Of a stretch of DNA of 64,000 nt, positions 46,201 to 62,079 are shown in pieces; position 1 is the first letter of the stretch, and each line of letters starts with the position of its first letter. The stretch lies in assembly GCF_964204645.1 (NCBI RefSeq), contig NW_027437462.1, positions 1 through 64,000 of the forward strand, read 5' to 3'. This DNA comes from Tubulanus polymorphus. Taxonomy: Eukaryota > Animalia > Nemertea. Position numbers and translations under genes: made by a program. The notes under the pieces are model-generated. The model did no database searches. It saw only the letters and a list, made by a program, of their open reading frames with translations, and was not told the DNA's origin.

Positions 46201-49200
46201 GGATGGATAAATAGAGAGATAATCAGTGCTGCTGGATGGATAAATAGAGAGATAATCAGTGAGGCTGGATGGATAAATAGAGAGATAATCAGTGAGGCTG
46301 GATGGATAAATAGAGAGATAATCAGTGCTGCTGGATGGATAAATAGAGAGATAATCAGTGAGGCTTGGATGGATAGATAGAGAGATAATCAGTGAGGCTG
46401 GATGGATAAATAGAGAGATAATCAGTGCTGCTGGATGGATAAATAGAGAGATAATCAGTGAGGCTGGATGGATAAATAGAGAGATAATCAGTGAGGCTTG
46501 GATGGATAAATAGAGAGATAATCAGTGAGGCTGGATGGATAAATAGAGAGATAATCAGTGAGGCTTGGATGGATTAATAGAGAGATAATTCAGATATTTT
46601 TTTACCGTCTCCAAGATTTAAATCTACTGCTCCTTCTCCTTGAACTTCTTCGATTTTTGCTTTAATCAAACTCAATCTTTCATTTCTCAATTCTTTCTCT
46701 TTTGTTTTACAATTCAAAGTCGCGCTTTCGATGTCTTTATCGATCGTAGTTTGAATCACCTGAAACCAAACGACAACAATGTAAACCGTTTGATCGCTAT
46801 AGCGATTGAGATTGAGCTCGACGTAAACTTACGTAATCGAACCATTGAACTAAAGCAGCACATCGTTTATATGTAACGATATAACATTGCCAGGCGTGTT
46901 TATGACGATCGATATTCTGTAAATCGATATAAATATTCTCCGTCGCTCGTTCTAAAGTTTTTATCTCATCCGGTTTACAATACGGGAACGGAATATTATT
47001 CAAATATCTCTGAGCCGCTGTTATATTCTGAGACGCAGCCATCAAATTATTACGAGTTTCCGTGGCAACTTGGTATCTCAATTGTTGATTTCTACAAATT
47101 GAAATGAACATACTATATGAGATCGTAACGAGGGGTGATCGTAACCACGACGACAGCTGGTTGTATTGTTACGTACGTTTGAGGAGTTTGAAGTACATCT
47201 GCCCAGCGTTTAGTGGCAAACGCCAATTGATTGACAGCGTGAGCCAATAAGACACGCCCATTCGTCCATTTATATTTCGCTATAGCGATTCTTTGCTTTT
47301 TGTCTAACAATAAATCTAATTCAGATTCGAGTTTATTTTCTAATTGACTTCCGTAATTTCCATCAAATATTCCAGCTGTAAAATAAAGGGTGAAACTGAG
47401 GAGACTGATTTTGAGAGGATGTGATCTGAAATTAGGAATTGCTTTACCTAAAAGTTCATCTTGTTCCTGATAGATTTTATACAAATTTTCAGCTTCTGAT
47501 TTCAAACTTTCGACTTCTTTCACAAGTTTCTCATGTTGTTCTCGAACTCCGTGTAATTCTTTTTCCGCAATTTCTTGTTTATTCAACGCTTCCAAATATT
47601 CCTCCTATAAATTACAGTAACCCGTGACAACAGTAACCGATGACAACAGTAACGAGGGCGATGGAGAGAATATTTACCTGTTCTTTAGACATTTGAGTAT
47701 CAAATGATTCTTGTGTGTGGAAATAAGCTCGGACTGAAGGGTTCTGTAACTTCTCTACATCAGATCTTTCCTTCTCCCTAAAACACATACATTTACTTAT
47801 ACTGAATCAGACACTGGCACGCGAGCGAACTGAATCAGACACTGGCACGCGAGCGAACTGAATCAGACACTGGCACGCGAGCGAACTGAATCAGACACTG
47901 GCACGCGAGCGAACTGAATCAGACACTGGCACGCGAGCGAACTGAATCAGACACTGGCACGCGAGCGAACTGAATCAGACACTGGCACGCGAGCGAACTG
48001 AATCAGACACTGGCACGCGAGCGAACTGAATCATACACTGACACGCGAGCGAACTGAATCAGACACTGGCACGCGAGCGAACTGAATCAGACACTGGCAT
48101 GCGAGTGATTTACTTACGTTTGTGTTAAACATTGTTGATGATGCTGTTCTAACTGTTTTAATGTCTGTTCCACATCTTTTGCCGTATCTTGTTTCAGTTT
48201 CAAATTTCTAACGATATTTTGTGATTCGTACATCAATAATTTCTTCTCTAATTCGATATATCGTTTTAAAGTATCGATATTTAAATCCACAGGTTTATAC
48301 TGCAACAGATAAGATATCAGTGATAATTCTAAGATACAATTTGAAAGGATTCTGAGTGGAATCATTCAGTAGTGGAATCAGTGGGAGTGGAATCATTCAG
48401 GAGTGGAATCAGTGGGAGTGGAATCATTCAGTAGTGGAATCAGTGGGAGTGGAATCATTCAGTAGTGGAATCAGTGGGAGTGGAATTATACCTGTATATC
48501 TGTCTTTTCTTCTTGTTTCTGTAAAATTTTAAGCAAACGCAAAAATCGGTTAAAATTCAGTTAAATTGCGTCGAGCAAAAAGCAACATAAAAATACAATT
48601 GGTGTTAGAACAGAGGAATCTGTGGCAAGTGAGGATGAGGAGTCTGTGGCAAGTGAGGACAACACTTTCTTATTTACTACATTCTATAATCACCGATGAT
48701 CGATCTTGCTGCCATGGCGATGATTGTTGATTAACTGTTAGAGTATTGAACAAGTTTTCATTGTTGATGGTCGTCATGGAATCATGAATATCTTTATAAT
48801 CTGAAGCGGTAGATGAAGGTCGAGGGGTGGAAGGTATATATGAAGGTTGGGGGGTGGCAGGTAGTTGGTCAATGGATTCTTCTTCAGTGTCTCGATGCTG
48901 ATTGGTTGAATTGTCTTGTAACAATTGACAATCACCGGTTGTTTGTAATCTCCTATAGATGGCGATATCTTCATCAACAGTTGCCGTGGTGATCATGGCG
49001 TGGCTGACTATTGGTTTATGTTGCCGTAGTAACGCATTCCTCACAAACATTCGACATAGATTCAGATTTTCATCCCTGTTTCCATCGCTTTGATTCGTAT
49101 CTCTACCACCAGTTGGAGTATGATATAGTGAACTGTGAGCGGATGTTATACTAATTCGAGGAATATCGCAGTGCTGCCCTCTATTAGCGACCCCGGTATC

Positions 49201-49802
49201 AACTAATCTATTAAGCGGGGACTGTAAAATTTTGGAAATAAAGATAAAAAGATTTAAATGCGTTAGAGACAGAATTTGAATGTTACAATATTTACCCGCA
49301 CAGCTTCTGGATCTGCACCCCCAGTATCTGATTCATCATTGGCCACTAGAGGGGGCTGCTGAAATATCATACAAATATATTCACATACAAGAATTCAAGG
49401 GGTGTTGGGGGAAGTTTGGAGGGGGAGTTGGGGGTGTTTAGAGGGGGGAGGGTTAGGGTTAGGGTTATACGGAGTGCTTACCTTCTCAGGTGTAGTCGGT
49501 ATATTATGTTGTTGTGATGTTGAATTATTCTGTTGTTGAGGAGGAACGTTCGCTATCGGACGATCAAACTGCTGCTGCTGCTGAGGAGGAGGAGGCACCT
49601 GTTGTTGATGATGAGGAGGAGGCACCTGCTGTTGATGAGGAGGCACCTGCTGTTGTTGCTGATGATAAAATTGCTGCTGCTGCTGCTGCTGGTGATGCTG
49701 ATGTTGATAATGCTGTTGTTGTGGATATTGTTTATGTCCCACGTGTCCTTGAGCTCTAACAGATACTGGTGATCCTGCTGAAGTGCTTACACCACAACCC
49801 AT
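43263..49802 (-). CDS. Uncharacterised N-myristoylated/palmitoylated (MGC) coiled-coil protein with a Q/P-rich N-terminus
   Basis: In-phase GT-AG exons from MGCGVSTSAGSP (49802-49482) through YKPVDLNID.., EEYLEALNKQE, IFDGNYGSQLE..KWTNG, FPYCKPDE, ..WFDY, to LQEKLRARRSRKKREQSSSDQ* (stop 43263-43265). Exon 49222-48694 may be alternative. Confidence 0.8.
43694..44015. repeat. Intronic 32-bp palindromic minisatellite (~10 units)
   Basis: acagatagac(a/c)gtgttagtgacagctactgtc. Confidence 0.93.
44195..46590. repeat. Intronic 33/34-bp minisatellite (~70 units)
   Basis: ataatcagtgaggctggatggataaatagagag fills intron 44167-46605. Confidence 0.96.
47801..48105. repeat. Intronic 28-bp minisatellite (~11 units)
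   Basis: actgaatcagacactggcacgcgagcga. Confidence 0.95.
48354..48486. repeat. Intronic 31-bp minisatellite (~4 units)
   Basis: gagtggaatcattcagtagtggaatcagtgg. Confidence 0.9.
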
Positions 49803-49869
49803 GATGCTGACCCTGGCCTCTGTCCCCTGCAGTTGCTGGCTGGTGCTGTATGTAAAAGTGTTGTTGTAA

Positions 49870-50660
49870 ACCTCTCTCTCTCTCTCTCTCTAAGATAGCA
49901 GAATTGAGATGAGACCGTGTAGGCGTAGGCCACTTTTAAATCCAGTTCAACCTCGGAATAAACTTAAGGCCACAATTAGAGTTTCTGGTGAATGGATAAC
50001 AATCAAATTTAATACCTCGTTTTGAAGTTTAAGCCTCAAAAACTGATATCACAAGTCGCCATGTTATCAAAATATTTATATAAATGACGTAGTCATGGCA
50101 ACCACGTCAATATCTAGGACGTATTTTGATAAATTTTATTGAAATTTTGTTTCCATCGATCGATTTCATTATAAGGTATCCCTTTTTCAAAAGGTAGAAA
50201 AAACATTTATTATGAATTAGTATGTGAAAATTTACCAATAAAGTTAATTTACGATTTATCTCTGGTGCTTAGGATTTAACCACTCACCGGGTTTTGTTTC
50301 CTTGCATCTAACCCTACAGGTGCTGCCATCTATCGACAATAACCCTAACCCTAATATCAGTGCTGCCATCTATCGGCAATAACCCTAACCCTAATTCTCC
50401 GTAACCCTAACTTGAATCGACGCATGCGCAGATCGGAGGGCGTAGATCCGCCATATTGGATTTCCGTGGATTAGAATTTCGCAAAAAATAAACAGTATCG
50501 GTGTTAATCGAAGCCATCATACATCGAATCAGCATCGAAATATAACCGAAAATATTTCACGAGTTCAAAATTTATTAAAATTTCTACCGTTTCCGTCCTC
50601 GATCTCAGTTTATCACCGGAAATCTAAACACTTCCGGGTTAGCTGTCAAATAAACAAAAC
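49870..50660. promoter_or_regulatory. Divergent promoter region between the MGC gene and Rab11
   Basis: ATGs 865 bp apart head-to-head. NRF1-like CGCATGCGCA at 50421, YY1 CCGCCATATT at 50448, ETS-like CACTTCCGG at 50629, TAACCC repeats at 50340-50411. Confidence 0.6.
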
Positions 50661-50666
50661 GTCAAA

Positions 50667-53278
<2,612 letters not shown>

Positions 53279-53611
53279 ATTAAACACCTATAGGTGGCGC
53301 CGCCAGTTCCGGTTCGTAAATTGTATAAAAATACTTCATGAATCACTCAATAGATGGAGTTACAATCACGTGTAGTTGTTAGTTGTATCGTGTAAATGTA
53401 GATGGCGTTAGTTATCAGAGTTTGCACTTTTAGTGGTACCTTTTTACACCGACTTTTCCTCCCTCTATCAATAAATATAAATAGCATGTTTTATTATTTT
53501 CTATTCCTACCTGTTTTCTGTTGCTATGGTGTTTGTCGTGTGTTCGCTCGTCGCTCACCGGTTGCTATGTGGCTCACTAGTTGCTATGGTTATATCGTTA
53601 TTCTGTTACAG

Positions 53612-53748
53612 AGATCTATCGTATCGTATCTCAGAAGCCGTTGCCGTCAGCAGACGATGAGAACATCAGTTCAAACGTACAAACAATTCGCGTCGAACCG
53701 ACTGAAAATATGAACGAACGTAAAAAAATATTCTGTTGTAATATGTAA
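53612..53748 (+). CDS. RAB11: Rab11 alternative last exon B
   Basis: ttacag| (E)IYRIVSQKPLPSADDENISSNVQTIRVEPTENMNERKKIFCCNM*, same phase as exon A. Confidence 0.9.
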
Positions 53749-54417
53749 CCAATGACGACGACGGCGACAACAATTTGGATTCTTTCACCGTGGCAACAAT
53801 GATGACAACTGATGATAAAACGTGTGCATGAACTATAACAATACGTGGAAGCGGTTTGTTGTTGTTGCTATGGTTACGGCGGACTGTACAGTAGTGTTTC
53901 TGTACTTAAAATACATATCAAACATTGACGTTTAGCGCGGCGTGGCTGATTAGGGGTTAACGTCCGGGGTCGACTGACTTGTATTTTACAGGAGAATGTG
54001 ACATTCCAATTACACACCCCTCTCTCAACTGATATAGTGTCGTCATCTGTAGTTTTCATTTATTGACATAAAGATGGCGCCACGTGTAACTGGCGCACCG
54101 TGTTATCTTTAAAATAAATATAAATTATATGAAAATTGATTATTATTATTAATTATAGAGAAGAATTGTAAGATATAAAACACTAAAAAAACATTCATTC
54201 ATTTTTTGCTTCTGTCAATAAAAATATTGTAAATTTATTACCAAATATTTCGACTTTCATCCAGTATATATCGGTTCTTATTGTTGCTGCAAGATGGCAG
54301 CACTATCTACTATCGGGTTATTTCTGCAACGAATGAATACACTACTAGCTCCATCTTGTGGTAACGTTTATAATTAGATATTGGAAGAGTTATTGTTGTA
54401 TTTTTGTTTCGTTGCAG

Positions 54418-54551
54418 AAATTTACCGTATTGTAAGTCAGAAACAAATCCGGGATAGTTCGGATAACGAATCTCCTAGTTCGAACAGTCAACCCGTAATA
54501 CCGCTCACAGATGGCGCCGGTGATCGCAAAAAACAATGCTGTTCTACCTGA
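54418..54551 (+). CDS. RAB11: Rab11 alternative last exon C
   Basis: ttgcag| (E)IYRIVSQKQIRDSSDNESPSSNSQPVIPLTDGAGDRKKQCCST*, same phase. Confidence 0.9.
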
Positions 54552-57159
54552 TGGATATCGTCGTCGTGGCAACAACTTTAAACATTCAACAAAATAATTA
54601 ACTACCGCGCGTTACCATGATTACAATTATTGGATCAATTCTACAATAATGTGTATTAATCTAGAATCATTATACGGTTGCCATAGAAATGGCTTATTTA
54701 CTGTGTAACAATGCTTGCCGAATTATTGCACAAACACTTTTAACCCTGTAATTATGAAAACTTATCCAGAATTAATTATTTCGCTAATTCTCATTTTCGC
54801 TAGAATTAATGATAATCTTTGTATAATTTTCCTGCACATTTTTCATCATGGAATTTTTGTCTTGTTTATTTTTAATTGGTTTATTATTGATTCATGTTAC
54901 TATTGGGGATGTATATAAGTATGTATTAGTGGCGAGTAAGAATTGGATGAAGAGTTTTATAAAGAATGGATAATGATGAATCTAAGATGGCTGCTATACG
55001 ACCCTCAACTGTTAATATGTACTTCTTACAGTGTGGCTTATTGAATTGATTAGTACGGACGGTGGCGCCCCCTATTGACCTCCGGGCTCCCCGCGTCCCG
55101 CTCCTCTCTATAATTTAGTGTAAGTCTGTGTATATTGTGAATGTATGTATGCTGAAATATAAACTATATCAAATATAAACGGTTTTGTTCATTGTATTTA
55201 AATCTGCTGTTGCTGGTGGCGACATCGCTAAGGAGGGACAACTACAGGGGCCGTGTGAGGATGAATGCCACGTAAAAGCCTAGTATGAAATAATGTTTGT
55301 TTGGCTTCTGATTATTTGATCAATATTTTGTATCACTTCACTAATGCCGTGACAAAATTGTGAAAAGAAAGCGCAGATTAGGGCCTTGAAAATTTGTTTC
55401 CAAAAACTGACACTTAGCACTTGCTGCAAACCATGATAGAATACAAGGAACTTACTTTATAAATAGTAAGTTACAACTACTACTACAACGTTTCAGAGTG
55501 ATGTTTTCACTTTAGCGTGCGAAGTGACTCGTGTTCCTAACGCAGTATGCAGCACGGCTTGAAGAATATCATCAGGCCGCGTAGTCAGTAACCTGTCTGT
55601 GGTTTAGTTTAACGATCGGATATTTTCACATACCACATTGGTATAAGCCCATCCGATAATAAAAAGCTTACCACTAACGATTAGGTAACTAACTAGTACG
55701 GGCGGCCTAGTGTCCGACGAGTGACCGAGGCGGAGAGAAAGTGGTGGAAGCTGACTAACAGGTTATTGACACTGGAGGTCCCTGCTGTATCTGTGAGGGC
55801 ACAAAATCTCATGAATTCTTATCTTTTTAACCAATATCAGAATTCGTACATTGAGAATCATTGCGGCTTTTAAGTCTTTATCAATTGAGAGACTTAGTTT
55901 CACTGTAAATAAAGAATTAGCGATTGAATTGAGCGCGCTCCACCGTGCGCAATTTCCATATCGACCGTCAAGTTTTGCCCCTATGTATAACGATAGCGGG
56001 GAAAACGTGAACTAATATGATACTCGCTTGCCAGAGTCTTTAAACGTTAGTAATGGACGAACTAATTACCGATTTGCGGGCCGGATTCCTAAGAAAATTC
56101 TCAAAATCTTTAGCTGCCCTGAAACAATTGAACCAAAAAATTTTTCTATAAAAGAATTAACCTTAAAAGAGTAAATTTGAATCGGGATATTTCTAATATC
56201 GTCTGGCAGAGAGCGACAGGTGTTTGTATGTTCTCCGCTTATTTGCACGCAACTAAAATAATATCGAAGGAAGATATGGAGATTTTGATTATTCACATGA
56301 TAAATGATCATTCAAAAATGTAAATGAATAATTTATTCTGTATATAAATACTAATTAATTGATGTGAAGTGAATTTTAGCTAAAAAAATTGAATATCGTT
56401 ACCTAAAAAATAAGGAAATATCATTCAAAAATTATAACATATTCATGGTATCATATTTAATCAGAATTAGGCGACACAGTTGTCCGTATTGTACGTAATA
56501 ATGAGATGTATATTCCAGCGGTAAATATGCGCCGCTATTTTAGTTCGCAGAAATTCCGCTATCGTTATTCATAGGGGCAGCACTGTACGGTTGAGATTTA
56601 GCTTAACCTCACTATCATACTATGGCATGCGAGCAATATGGATATTTTCTTAGCCGGATTTCGTTCATAATTTAACTCGATTTAATTGTGTATAAATAGT
56701 ACTATCACATTTTAAGCTTTATCTAAGAGGATCTCATTTTTAAAACGATTTATAAGCCATTTTTGATGGAACTCGTTTGTTAGCGGAATGTATTAGCATC
56801 CGGTAAAGCGGCCGACTCACTTGCCACAGGGAGAATTTGAGGCAAATTAAATTTTATTCTCCAAAGTTGTGCATTCAACCAACGCTACCATTAACGTTGC
56901 AGCACATGAACCATTAAACTTCCTATTTAGGTCGGCCCTTCTTGGTCAGGGTTAAAATCAAATTCTCCCTTATGAAACCAACTACAAATTTGGGCCAAAA
57001 ACTGGAAAAACTTCAGTTGAACCTCGTTAATACGACAAATCTGTGTAAAGACGAAACCAGAAAAAAAAATTCAGTAACAACCACCACAAAATTAGTGAAT
57101 AATTTATAGATAGATTTATTCATTTCAGTGAAAAATGTATCATGCATCAGAGTTAAATA

Positions 57160-57561
57160 TCAAACTAAAGTCTTGCATAAAGCGAACATGTGATCAACTC
57201 CGCAATGAACTGACTGAACTAACCCAGGAATCGAAACCTGAAATCAGATTTACAATATCAGACATCAGATTTACAATATCAGACATCAGATTTATGACGC
57301 ATCAGTTTCACACATGTTTCTGGTGCGTTATGTTATTACAGTACAGTAGAGTCTGTTCCTAACTCAACAACTCTGAACCGTCGTGGAGAAATAAACTTGA
57401 AATTAAATTTCTTTCCAAAATATGGAGTGAGTGATGTTTTAGGAGTGTTTTAAATCTAGAGAAATCGAGACTTACCTTAAACGGAAAGAATTCATCGTCC
57501 ATGTTTCCTAAACCTAAGGAGCCATGTTTATTTCTACCCCACACGTACAGATCATTGTTAT
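57160..57561 (-). pseudogene. RCC1L: RCC1L (WBSCR16) last two exons; upstream exons not found in the window (gene fragment, or end of a gene with a very long intron)
   Basis: 57561-57476 NNDLYVWGRNKHGSLGLGNMDDEFFPFK and 57237-57160 VSIPGLVQSVHCGVDHMFALCKTLV* match the recalled RCC1L C-terminus. Confidence 0.65.
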
Positions 57562-58074
57562 CTACAATATAATAACACTGTAAACAATGTAACATCATTC
57601 TAGACACTAAGCTAGGGATTGATAGAGAGAGGGAGCAGGGTTTATGTATAGAGGGGACCAGGGAGTTTCACAGAGTAAGTAGGCTTAAGAATAGAGATAG
57701 TGTGTCTCAGAAATCCCTATCCCTATGAACTAGCATGTCTCCAGCCTCGATTGCCTACGTACCTATTGATAACTATTAAAATGAGACATTAATTGCTAGC
57801 ATTTCTTCCATTAGTCACGGCTCTACTTGGTCCATCCTGGTTCATCTTGGTTTATCTGGGTTCGTCCTGGTTCATCTTGCACCATCTGCTCCACTGCATC
57901 AATGTCTGTATAATGTTCAAATCAATTATGGTAAAGGGGGAATCTGTGACCACCATAACATCCATCAATAGTTCCACCATATTGATGACAAACATCCTAA
58001 AAATATACATTAACTTTATAAATGTGAGTTAGAGTTAGAGTTAAGTCTAGTTACCGGTGTATCAGAGAAATGGC

Positions 58075-58875
58075 AATCTAAGGTACCCCCCAAAATGAGG
58101 GTTAGGGGTCAAATATTTACTGTCTCCAATTTCGATGAAATTTAGTATAGACATGTATTCTGGGGTACTGATCACAAATCTGAAAGAATTTTTAGGATCC
58201 GAGGCCCCAAAAATGAGAAATTCGAATTCTTAGGGGCATCCCCTAAATTTTCAAAAGGCCCTGGACCCAAGAGTTTTCGAGATATCCGAAATCTGATAGC
58301 AGATCTGGAATCAGCACCCCTGAAAATAGTAAGGACTAAAATTTTAAGCAAATCGAAGAGATTCGATTTTTTGGCCAAAAACGGCAAAAATCTAAGGTGT
58401 TAGTCCAGGAGTTTTTTTTGGGCAAAAAATTTTTTTTCCCCGATTCCTTCGAAACTTGGTAGGAAGATGTATTCCGAGGTGTTGATTCCGGATCCGCAAT
58501 CAGATTTTGAATCGGAATTCATCTTCATGGGCAAATAAGGGTTTTAATGCCCAAAACATGCACCCCAAAAATGGGGTACAAAGTCAAAATTTTTTTTTTG
58601 CCCAATCTTAATAAAATTTACTAGAGACATGTTTTTTGGGGTGCTGATCACGAAAATGAAGTTAGTTTTTGGATCCGAGGCCCAAAAAATGAGAAATTCG
58701 AATTTTTTGGAGGGACCCCCTAAATTTCCAAAAAGCCTTGGACCCCAGATCTTTCGAGATATTCAAAATCTGATTGCAGATTTGTAATCAGCACCCCTGA
58801 AAATAGAAAGGACTAAAATTTTAAGCAAATCGAAGAGATTCGAATTTTTGGCCAAAAATTGCAAAAATTTAAGAA
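58075..58875. mobile_element. Probable non-autonomous DNA-transposon remnant with a ~477-bp internal direct repeat
   Basis: ggatccgaggccc..aaaaatgagaaattcgaatt..aatcagcacccctgaaaatag..ttggccaaaaa occurs at ~58195 and ~58671. Termini not resolved. Confidence 0.5.
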
Positions 58876-60255
58876 AGAAAGTTTTTGGATTGAAGTGCCA
58901 AACAAGAGAAATCCAGGATCTTATGTTTTTAGCCCCTTCAAATTGACCTGTAGATGTTTTTTTACAGCTGATATCAAATATTAGATCAATTTCAGATAGA
59001 AATTGATCAATTAACTAAAACCCATCAATTTTAGTAACTATCACGTGGTTTCAGACATCTACAAACATCTCTTTTCTCAAGAAGAAATTCAGTTATAACC
59101 ACGCACACAATTACTCAATGTATTAATGCTCGTATCTGTATCAAATACAATCAATGAAGCTAATAATTCCTAGTCACATTTTGTAAATTAAATTAATATT
59201 CAATTGTTGATGATCTTATTGATTTGTGTTTAAAGTCATAATTCAGTCAGAAGAATTCGAGTCTAGCTCAGTCTCAGTTAGTGCACTATCGCAGTAAATT
59301 TACCAGAATTAACTTTGTTTATAATTACAGGGGTTTTCAAAGATGTCACCAGTTGGAATTAAACTGTCTTGTTGTATTTGAAGTTATAAATGTGGGTATG
59401 TACAAGAAATAAGATTTTTTATTGTTTTCACTTTGGCCTTTAACTATTTTTTTCAATTTATCAGACAAATTAATTATTTGAGTCAATCAATTAATAAGTT
59501 GTCCGCACTCTTCTGACCCGCCACAAAACACTCAATGCTGTACAGTTTCTTGTGCCGTGGTCACGACTAGTATTTGTGATTGAATTGAATTGGTCACTTC
59601 AATACGTAATTTTGGATTTGGATTAATTAGGCGAAAATATTCACTGCAATCGATCTATTTACTCAATTTCTCATTATAATCGTTCATATTTCTTCTTTAA
59701 AACATCTAAATCGCTCCGAAATCAGCATTTATAACGAATAAATTCGGTAAAAACGGCAGAAATAAAACCGCGGAAGTCCACATAATCTACGAGTCGCGCG
59801 TCTAGAAACCTCGCATACCTAGGCTAGGCAGACCGTATTGTGCTGCTCTCAATGACTGCGGAGATTGGGTGAACTAATTACCAAACGACATACAAATTAG
59901 CTTGATCTGAGTCTATTATTCTTTTAGTTTATTTTAAATCCCATTACACATGAAATAAAAACAATATAGAGATGTTCAACAAATTTCACTCCGATACTAC
60001 ACTGTACGGTACGGTGCTGCCACTAATTTTGAGTTGGCGGCGACCTCGCGTACCTGTGTCACCTAACTGCTGTTTCACCGTACGGTGCTGCCACTAACTA
60101 CATCGACGGTTAACATAAACACTATCAGCTTTTCGAGACTAACTGCAGGCCGCGAGGAATAATACATGCCATTTAGAGCATTTCCTGAAAGATAACGATA
60201 GATGGCGCGGCTGTCTATATCGGATGATCTGTGCGTACGCCGTAGTTGTTACCTG

Positions 60256-61242
60256 ATGAATCCGTTTAAAACTGAGGTAAGTTGCATACAGTGTGGTAAT
60301 CCAGTGTAAGGGGGCAATCCAGTGTTAGGTGGTCAAGTGTCAGGAGGCGCCTCCTCATCTGTGCAGACACTACTACAGACAGTGTCATTCGCTGACTGAC
60401 AGACAGTAGTGAGTGGAGTCCATGCACCTCTCTCTCGACTCGAGTCTATAGATTGGAACTGGAAGATGATGTCGTCGGTCAATCAGTTTTTGACTCAGGC
60501 TGTTGTTGATTCAAACTGATATTTTTTCTCCTGTGTTTTCAGGTTTTATCGATATTTAAACGGTTGCACAGAACGCGATTGTTGACATTCAGAGGAGACG
60601 AACAAGCTTTAATCGGTAAATAGTAGAACCTGCTGCCACGCCTTCATGCTGGCAAAGGAAAGTTTTTTACATAAATTGTGAAATTTTAATTTTTTTGAAG
60701 CCGGAAGAAAAAAAATCAACGACGAATTTAAAAAGTTTAAAGAAACGAAAGAATTGGAAACAATTAAATACGTAAGTATTACCCTTTATTATGTGGCGCC
60801 CCCTACTGGATCTCCTGACCGTCGTATATCGTTATGTAGCTAGCGCCCCCTGGTGTGTCCCGGGTGACTAACTGTAACATAGATTTCACCACTTCCTGTA
60901 TTATAGTTATTGAAATCAGCGGAAGAAGCCGAGGAATATTTGAGGACGTCTGTGATTCAAGCTACTCAATCTAATCCCGGTGTATTCTGTAAGTATTCTC
61001 AATCTAATCCTGGTTTATTCCTAACCTAATCCTGGTCTATTAATCTAATCGAGGTTTTAAATTGATTTTCTTGTATTTTTAATTGTTGTATATTTTTAGC
61101 CGCTGAAATAACTGAAAATACAAAGTTATTAGACAACACACCTTATAAATACTCCCCCGAGGAGACAATGCGCAGGACTGAAAAACAGATACAACGACGA
61201 CGTACCAATAATAGAGACTGCGGTTGCCAGGAGAAACAGTAA
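60256..61242 (+). CDS. LYRM7: Complex III assembly factor LYRM7 (MZM1L)
   Basis: Exons 60256-60276, 60543-60615 ([20 protein letters not shown]), 60701-60771 ([12 protein letters not shown]), 60907-60988 ([10 protein letters not shown]), 61100-61242 (LLDNTPY..CGCQEKQ*), all in phase. Confidence 0.9.
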
Positions 61243-61244
61243 CT

Positions 61245-62079
61245 ATGTCTATATTTACACCGACCAATCAGAAACGGCTGACGAATGTTTCGGTCGTTCG
61301 AATGAAGAAAGCGGGAAAAAGGTTTGAAATCGCTTGTTACCCGAATAAAGTGAAACCATGGAGAAATAAAATAGAGACGGATATCGACGAAGTCTTACAA
61401 ACACATAACGTATTCATCAATGTATCTAAAGGTCAAATAGCGAAGAGCGATGAATTAAAGAAAGCTTTCGGAACAGATAAACACAGCGATATCTGTATGG
61501 AGATATTGAGTAAAGGTGAGATGCAAGTTACTGAGAAAGAACGTCACGCGCAATTAGAAGAGTCGTTTAGAGATATCGCAACAATCGTAGCCGATAAATG
61601 TGTGAACCCGGATACGAAACGTCCGTACACGGTAACGATGATCGAGAAATCAATGAGAGACGTTCATTACTCGGTAAAACCGACGAAATCCACCAAACAA
61701 CAAGCTTTAGACGTGATCCGTAAACTGAGAGAAACCGATACTATAAATGTAGCACGAGCTCAGATGAGGGTTAAAGTTACTGCTCCCCGAAGGGAGGCTG
61801 GAAAAATACGTCCTAAACTGAGAAAACTTGCATCAAAAGTAGAAGAGGAACAGTTCGAAGATGAATTAGAAATGGTAATTACTCGTAACTACTACTACTG
61901 CCACCTGTTGTCGATTTTAGGTAATTAATACTGCCCTCTATTGTTAATTTCAGGTAATACTCGTCGACCCTGGTTGCTATAGAGAAATCGATAGTTTACT
62001 ACAATCAGAAACGAAAGGTAAAGGTTCATTAGAAATATTGAGTTTAAAAGACGTCGAAGAAGGTGATGAGAAACTATAA
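61245..62079 (+). CDS. SBDS: Ribosome maturation protein SBDS
   Basis: [36 protein letters not shown]..; exons 61245-61874 and 61954-62079 (..[19 protein letters not shown]); AATAAA at ~62165. Confidence 0.98.

Noticed and set aside
44149-46590. Multiple repeat ORFs on both strands
   Set aside because: Intronic minisatellite with frequent 1-nt unit-length changes that break the frames.
57765-57997. AG/GT-flanked segment as the missing RCC1L exon
   Set aside because: Contains stops and shows no RCC1-repeat similarity.
60460-60522. Intronic C/D snoRNA in LYRM7
   Set aside because: Imperfect C box, too short, no terminal stem, and too close to the 3' splice site.
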